Position numbers and translations under genes: made by a program. The notes beneath the pieces were generated by a model that saw only the letters and a program-made list of their open reading frames with translations, did no database searches and had not been told where the DNA came from. 53,356 nt of DNA from Acidobacteriota bacterium (GTDB taxonomy: Bacteria; Acidobacteriota; Thermoanaerobaculia; UBA5066; Gp7-AA6), in assembly GCA_046726795.1 (NCBI GenBank), contig JBKPBH010000099.1, positions 1 to 53,356 on the forward strand. The letters run 5' to 3'. Below, piece after piece: positions 48,345-53,356 of the stretch. Each line of letters opens with the position of its first letter. Position 1 is the first letter of the stretch.

Positions 48345-49219
48345 CCCAGTCGCCGCCTGGTCCCGAGGAGAGGGCAGGGGGAAGGCGGGGCGTCCTGCTC
48401 GTGCTGGGGGCGGCGCTGCTGTGGTCCACCGGCGGTGTCGGCATCAAGGCGCTCGAGGACCCGCCGCTCAAGGTCGCTTTCTACCGCTCCGCCTTCGCGG
48501 CGGCCGCGCTGTTTCTGATTCTGCGCCCCCGAGTCCGGCGATGGAGCCCGGCCTTCCTGGCGGCTCTCGCGACCTACGCGGCCTGCCTGATCTCATTCGT
48601 GGTCGCGACGAAGTGGACGACGGCCGCCAACGCGATCTTCCTCCAGTACGCCGGTGTGGTCTGGGTGCTCCTGCTGTCGCCGGCGGTCGTGGGCGAGCCC
48701 CTGCGCGCGGGCGACGCTGCGGCCGTGGCGGTCGCGGTCGCCGGCATGGCCCTTTTCTTCGTGGGTCGGTTCGGCCCGGGCGGGCTCGGAGATCTGATGG
48801 CTCATCCTTCGAGCTTCTTCTTCGCGGGCCTCGTCCTTTCGCTCAAGCGGGAGGGTGAGGGGGGCGCACAGGCCGCCGTGAGCTGGGGAAATGTCCTCGC
48901 CGTCGTGGCGCTTCTCCCTTTCGTCTCCCGCGACCTGTCACTCTCGCCGAGGTCCGCCGCCATCCTTGTTTTTCTCGGCGTTGTCCAGCTCGCCTGCGCT
49001 TACGTCCTCTTCGTGCGCGGCCTGAGACACGTCACCGCGACGCAGGCTTCCCTGATCGGCATGGTCGAGCCCGTCGCCAACCCCGTCTGGGTCTTCCTGT
49101 TCATCGGGGAGCGTCCGAGCGCCTTCGCCCTCGCCGGAGGAGCGATCGTGTTGGCCGCAGTCGCGTGGAGATCCCTGGCCGCCGCGCCGATCGGAGAACC
49201 ACTCCCTCCTCCGGATTGA
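48341..49219 (+). CDS. EamA/DMT family transporter
   Basis: The GTG start overlaps the upstream stop. AALLWSTGG, TTAANAIFLQY, EPVANPVWV; about 10 TMs. Confidence 0.9.
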   Translation: MTQSPPGPEERAGGRRGVLLVLGAALLWSTGGVGIKALEDPPLKVAFYRSAFAAAALFLILRPRVRRWSPAFLAALATYAACLISFVVATKWTTAANAIFLQYAGVVWVLLLSPAVVGEPLRAGDAAAVAVAVAGMALFFVGRFGPGGLGDLMAHPSSFFFAGLVLSLKREGEGGAQAAVSWGNVLAVVALLPFVSRDLSLSPRSAAILVFLGVVQLACAYVLFVRGLRHVTATQASLIGMVEPVANPVWVFLFIGERPSAFALAGGAIVLAAVAWRSLAAAPIGEPLPPPD

Positions 49220-49226
49220 GGTGGCG

Positions 49227-49276
49227 AGTGCTGGTCCTGAGTCTGTCCAAGGACTACGGACCAGGGACCAAGGACT
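49227..49276. repeat. Inverted heptamer array (GTCCT / AAGGACY)
   Basis: agtgctg gtcctga gtc ... aaggact acggacc agggacc aaggact. Confidence 0.75.
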
Positions 49277-49281
49277 CCCTG

Positions 49282-49854
49282 TCAGTCTTGGACTCGAGAC
49301 CTTTCCTCGAAGAGCGGCTGCTGCACCGGCCCGAGTAACGGCAGGATCGCCTCGAGCGAATCCGCCGCCCACGCGGAGCGGCGTTCGCGATCGAGCCGGT
49401 AGACCCCGATCCCCCACTCGTCCAGCACCCGGTCGATCGTCGCGTCGATCGTCTGCTGAAACGCGATGTCCACGTCCCTCAGGCCGTCGAACTGGAGCGA
49501 TCCCACGATCGGCACCTTGATGAGAAGCCCGTAGCTCGCCGTCCACCACCTGACCATCGGTTCAAGCATCGGATGCTTGCCCGATTGGAGGAGGTAGCAG
49601 TAGTTGTCCAGCACACTCCGGTCGCAGATGACGATCTCGGACTTGTTCTCGGCGACGAGCTCCTCGGCGATCTCCGTGTGGAGGATCCAGGATTGCGCGG
49701 CGACCGTGGTGTCCCGGTTGATGGGGAGCGGGCAGAACCGGGCGACCTCCCGGACCATCTCGACGACCTTGTCCCTCTTCTTCAAGAGCGCGGCGAGCTC
49801 GAAACACAGGGTCGTCTTACCGACGCCGTGCGTCCCGATGAAGGCGACTTTCAT
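49282..49854 (-). CDS. P-loop NTPase/kinase (AAA_28, NadR-like)
   Basis: KVAFIGTHGVGKTT, EVAR, ICDRSVLDNY, DGLRD. Confidence 0.8.
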   Translation of the reverse strand: MKVAFIGTHGVGKTTLCFELAALLKKRDKVVEMVREVARFCPLPINRDTTVAAQSWILHTEIAEELVAENKSEIVICDRSVLDNYCYLLQSGKHPMLEPMVRWWTASYGLLIKVPIVGSLQFDGLRDVDIAFQQTIDATIDRVLDEWGIGVYRLDRERRSAWAADSLEAILPLLGPVQQPLFEERSRVQD

Positions 49855-49923
49855 GGGCGTTCTTCGAGCCTACCAGAGGCGCCCTGGAAACTCAGCCGGA
49901 CTGGCGGACTTCCCGGGCGGCCA

Positions 49924-51060
49924 TCAGGGCAACTCGAATTCCCGCCGCAGCCTTTCGCCGTCGGCATCGAGATCGGGGGGAAACGCCAGCGGCGGAGCAT
50001 GTCCCTCGATGCGGATCGGCGAAGCGACGAACGAGACTCCGCGGGACGAAACGACAGAGCCCAGCGCCTCGGCAGTCGCCGAGCGCAGAGCCTCGAGCGG
50101 GCCGCGGACCGGGCCTGCCGGGACTCCCGCCTCGCGAAGGCGCGAGAGCCAGACCTCGCGCGGCTCACGGCGGAAGATCTCTCCGAGAGCCTCTTCCAGC
50201 TCGTCGCGAAGAGCCAGGCGAGCCTCGTTGGTCCGGTACCGGGCATCTTCGGCCCACGCGGGCCGGCCGAGCGCGCGGGCGAGCCGCGCAAATTGCCGGT
50301 CCGTCCCTGCGGCCACGACGAAATCGCCGTCGGCGGCGGAGAAGGTCCTGTAAGGAACGATCTGGGGATGAGCGTTGCCGTGGCGCCCGGCTTCCTGACC
50401 GGTGACGAGAGCTGATTGCGCCACGTTGATGAGTGCGGAGAGCGTCGAGGAGAAGAGATCGGTCTCGACGTGCGCTCCGAGGCCTGTCCGGGCGCGTCCC
50501 GCCAGCGCCGCCGCGATCCCCACAGCCAGGAAGGCCCCCGCGAAGAGGTCCGAGACTGCGACGCCGATCTTCGTGGGACTCCCTTCCGGCTCTCCCGTGA
50601 CGGCCATCAACCCGGCGCCCGCCTGCGCCAGAAGGTCAAAACCGGGAGCGGAGGCGTCCGGGCCGCGGCGCCCGAAGCCGGTGATGGAGGCGGTGATCAA
50701 TCGGGGACTGGCGCGCCGCAGGTCCTCGAGCGAAAGGCCAAACTTCTCGAGGCCTCCCGGAGGAAAGTTCTCGACGAGGACATCGGCCCTCTTCGCCAGG
50801 AGCCGCACCGAGCGGACGCCCTTCTCCGAGGCGAGATCGAGCGCCAGCGACTCCTTGTTTCGATTGATCGAGAGGTAATAGGCGGAGAGGCCGCTCGCCG
50901 GATCGTGGGGAGGCGCCCATCCGCGGGTCACGTCGCCTTCCTGGGGATGCTCCACTTTGAGGACGCGCGCCCCGAGGTCCCCGAGCAGCATCGTGCAGAA
51001 GGGCCCGGCGAGAACGCGCGAAAGGTCCACGACGAGGATGCCTTCGAGGGGAGCGGGCAT
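49924..51060 (-). CDS. Family III CoA-transferase (CaiB/BaiF)
   Basis: DLSRVLAGPFCTMLLGDLGA, NRNKES, ADVLVENF, SITGFG, VSDL. Confidence 0.93.
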   Translation of the reverse strand: MPAPLEGILVVDLSRVLAGPFCTMLLGDLGARVLKVEHPQEGDVTRGWAPPHDPASGLSAYYLSINRNKESLALDLASEKGVRSVRLLAKRADVLVENFPPGGLEKFGLSLEDLRRASPRLITASITGFGRRGPDASAPGFDLLAQAGAGLMAVTGEPEGSPTKIGVAVSDLFAGAFLAVGIAAALAGRARTGLGAHVETDLFSSTLSALINVAQSALVTGQEAGRHGNAHPQIVPYRTFSAADGDFVVAAGTDRQFARLARALGRPAWAEDARYRTNEARLALRDELEEALGEIFRREPREVWLSRLREAGVPAGPVRGPLEALRSATAEALGSVVSSRGVSFVASPIRIEGHAPPLAFPPDLDADGERLRREFELP

Positions 51061-51072
51061 GACGCTCCGAGC

Positions 51073-52656
51073 CTACTTCGCAGCGGCCGGGCGCCAGGCG
51101 AGCGGGCCGGGGAGGAAGTGGAAGAGCCCGATGGGCGACGTCTCGACCCCCTCGAGCCGTTTGGAGATCCCCCAATACTGGTCGGCGCCCCAGAGGAAGT
51201 CCGCCGGGGGGTCCGCCGCCAGGAGGCGATGGACTTGGCGATAGAGCTCGAGCCGCTTGCCGGCGTCCATCTCGCTCCTGGCCGCCTCCATGACGCGGTC
51301 GGCCTCGCGGTTGCGGTAGAAGCCGGTGTTCTGGCCGTTGGGCGGGATCTGGCTCGAGTGATAGGTTGGATAGGGATCCACGGTGGGGGGCACCGGGGTG
51401 TTGCCCACGGGCGCCGCGTCGTACTCGCCCGAAGCGACGCGCTGGGACATGGCCGCCCAGTCGAGTGAGCGCAGCGTCAGCTCCACGCCGACCTTCCCAT
51501 AGGCCTCGCGCAGGATCTCGGCCAGGTTGCGGTAGATCGGGAAGGCAGTCGTGTAGAGGAGCTCGAACGAGACCCGCTTGCCGCCGCGCCGCCGGAACCC
51601 GTCCGGCCCCGTCCGGAGGCCCGCTTCGTCCAGGAGCCGTCCAGCGGCCACCGTGTCGTAAGGAGGCGGCGCGAGCTCGGGGGCGTTCTCGGGAATGCCC
51701 GGTGGATAAGGCCCGGAGATGAGTGTCGCTCCGTCGGGCGGATAGAGCCGCTTCGCGGTTTCCGCGCGAGGCCACGCCATGGCGAGCGCCCGGCGCACGC
51801 GAACATCGGTCAGGTACGGATTGCGGCAGTTCCACACGATCATCGCCGAGACGAAGAGGGGCACCTTGAGCAGACGGTTCTTCGCCTGGAACTCCGCCGA
51901 GGCCCGGGCCGGCGCGACCTGGTCCCGCGCAATGTAGAACTCGTCCAGGTCCCCGCGCAGCCCTGCCTGAAAGCTGACCGCGTTGGTCGGAATGATCCTG
52001 AAGACGATCTTCTCGAAGGCCGATTCGTTCGCCGGCGCGTCGGCGCGGCGCTTGAGCGTCACCGACTGGTTCGGCACCCAGCTCTCCAACCGGTACGGCC
52101 CCGTCCCCACGGGCTTGCGGTCCGCTTCCGAGGGACGGGCATAGGCCGCCGCGGACACGATCGGGATGGTGAAGAAGAGAAGCCTCTCGGAGTGGGCGCG
52201 CCGGAAGCGGACGATCACGGTCGCCGCGTCCGGCGTTTCGACCGCGACCACGTCTTCGAAGCCGGGACGCCAGTTGACCGAGGGGACTTTCGGATCCCGC
52301 ACGCGGTCGATGGTGTAGGCAACGTCGGCCGAGGTCACCGGAGAGCCGTCCTCCCATTTCGCCTTCGGATCGAGGCGGATGTCGTAGACCAGACCATCGG
52401 AGGAAGCGGCCCAGGAGAGCGCCAGCGAGGGAACGGAATGGCGCTGGCGGTCGAGCCCGATGAGCGGGCGGAAGATCAGGTCCTCGATCCGCAGGCCAAG
52501 CTCCTCGGCGGTTGTGATCGGATCGAGCGTCGGGGGATCGCCCGTCAGGTGGCGGTACAGAGTTGTCCCGGCGGACGCCTTTCCCGATTCGGATCGCGCG
52601 CACGACAGCGCCAGACACGCCGCGAGCGTCGAAAGGGCGAAGCCGAGCCGCTTCAT
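51073..52656 (-). CDS. Peptide/nickel-type ABC substrate-binding lipoprotein (family 5)
   Basis: ATG 52656, lipobox LALSC, TLDP, WEDGSPVTSADV, PVGTGPY, VRRALAMA. Confidence 0.9.
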   Translation of the reverse strand: MKRLGFALSTLAACLALSCARSESGKASAGTTLYRHLTGDPPTLDPITTAEELGLRIEDLIFRPLIGLDRQRHSVPSLALSWAASSDGLVYDIRLDPKAKWEDGSPVTSADVAYTIDRVRDPKVPSVNWRPGFEDVVAVETPDAATVIVRFRRAHSERLLFFTIPIVSAAAYARPSEADRKPVGTGPYRLESWVPNQSVTLKRRADAPANESAFEKIVFRIIPTNAVSFQAGLRGDLDEFYIARDQVAPARASAEFQAKNRLLKVPLFVSAMIVWNCRNPYLTDVRVRRALAMAWPRAETAKRLYPPDGATLISGPYPPGIPENAPELAPPPYDTVAAGRLLDEAGLRTGPDGFRRRGGKRVSFELLYTTAFPIYRNLAEILREAYGKVGVELTLRSLDWAAMSQRVASGEYDAAPVGNTPVPPTVDPYPTYHSSQIPPNGQNTGFYRNREADRVMEAARSEMDAGKRLELYRQVHRLLAADPPADFLWGADQYWGISKRLEGVETSPIGLFHFLPGPLAWRPAAAK

Positions 52657-52689
52657 GCTGTGAAGCGAAGAGGATAGCATCAGCCGCCG

Positions 52690-53356
52690 ATGGCCAGTGT
52701 GGTGTTCGACATCGAGACCGTCGGGATCGAGTGGGACTCGCTCGACGACGCGCAGCGAACGTACTTGCAGAAGAACGCACGCACGGAGGAGGAGAAGCAG
52801 AAGCTCCCGGAGTTCCTCTCGCTGTGGCCTCTGACCGGACGGATCGTCGTGCTCGCGATGGTCAATCCCGAGACCAACCGCGGCCGCGTCTGGTACGAGA
52901 AGACCGACGGGCGCTTGGAAGAGACCTCCTCGGATGGCCTCTTCCAGTTCATCGGCGACATCGAGCCGGTCTTTCTGGCCGAGTTCTGGAAGGCGATCGC
53001 GCGTTTCCACCGCTTTGTCACGTTCAACGGCCGCTGCTTCGACGGCCCCTTCGTCATGCTCCGAAGCGCGGTGCTCGGGATTCCGGCGACCAAGAACCTG
53101 GTGGGTTACCGCTACGCCTTGAAGCCGCACACGGATCTGCTGGACGTCCTTTCCTTCTTCGGAGCCACCCGCAAGTGGAACCTCGATTTCGCATGCAAAG
53201 CCTTCGGGGTCGAGAGCCCCAAAGAGCACGGCATGGACGGCTTCTCGGTGGGGCCGTTCTACAAGGCCGGGCGGCTGCGGGAGATCGCGCTCTATTGCCG
53301 GAGAGACGTCGAGGCCACGGCCCGGCTCTTCGTGAAGCTCGAGAAGACGCTCCTCC
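52690..53356 (+). CDS. Stand-alone DEDDy 3'-5' exonuclease (PolB exo-like); runs off the window end
   Basis: Not in the ORF track because there is no stop in the window. Reads MASVVFDIETVG, VTFNGRCFDGP, HTDLLD, YCRRDV. Confidence 0.88.
   Translation, partial: MASVVFDIETVGIEWDSLDDAQRTYLQKNARTEEEKQKLPEFLSLWPLTGRIVVLAMVNPETNRGRVWYEKTDGRLEETSSDGLFQFIGDIEPVFLAEFWKAIARFHRFVTFNGRCFDGPFVMLRSAVLGIPATKNLVGYRYALKPHTDLLDVLSFFGATRKWNLDFACKAFGVESPKEHGMDGFSVGPFYKAGRLREIALYCRRDVEATARLFVKLEKTLL

Overview
High-GC (roughly 68-70% by spot counts) bacterial chromosome segment of mostly core genes. Gene content and protein style suggest Acidobacteriota, probably Thermoanaerobaculia (inference). It carries about 45 CDS, including uvrA, marC, a REC-PAS-GGDEF-EAL protein, smpB, lpxC, DUF4390-ntrY-ntrX, ftcD, nadE, glyA, dgt, folC, accD, yebC, ruvC, ompA-like, ftsEX, gatB, pgeF, pcrA, glmS and glmU. 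I found no tRNA, rRNA, CRISPR array, integrase or transposase. Main unexplained signals: (1) about 16 gene junctions carry a shared architecture of tandem degenerate 7-mers, a short unique loop, then the reverse-complement 7-mers; the 7-mer differs between sites, and the elements often supply or juxtapose stop and start codons; (2) a ~70-nt structured repeat occurs twice, with a compensatory base-pair change and GNRA loops, at the 3' ends of uvrA and pcrA; (3) GlmU has lost the catalytic residues of its uridyltransferase domain; (4) a pseudo-receiver/Ser-Thr kinase/TM/TonB-C fusion protein; (5) a TANNNT box sits 5-10 nt before many start codons, suggesting leaderless mRNAs; (6) a 6S-like ncRNA candidate; (7) a low-GC patch inside gatB.
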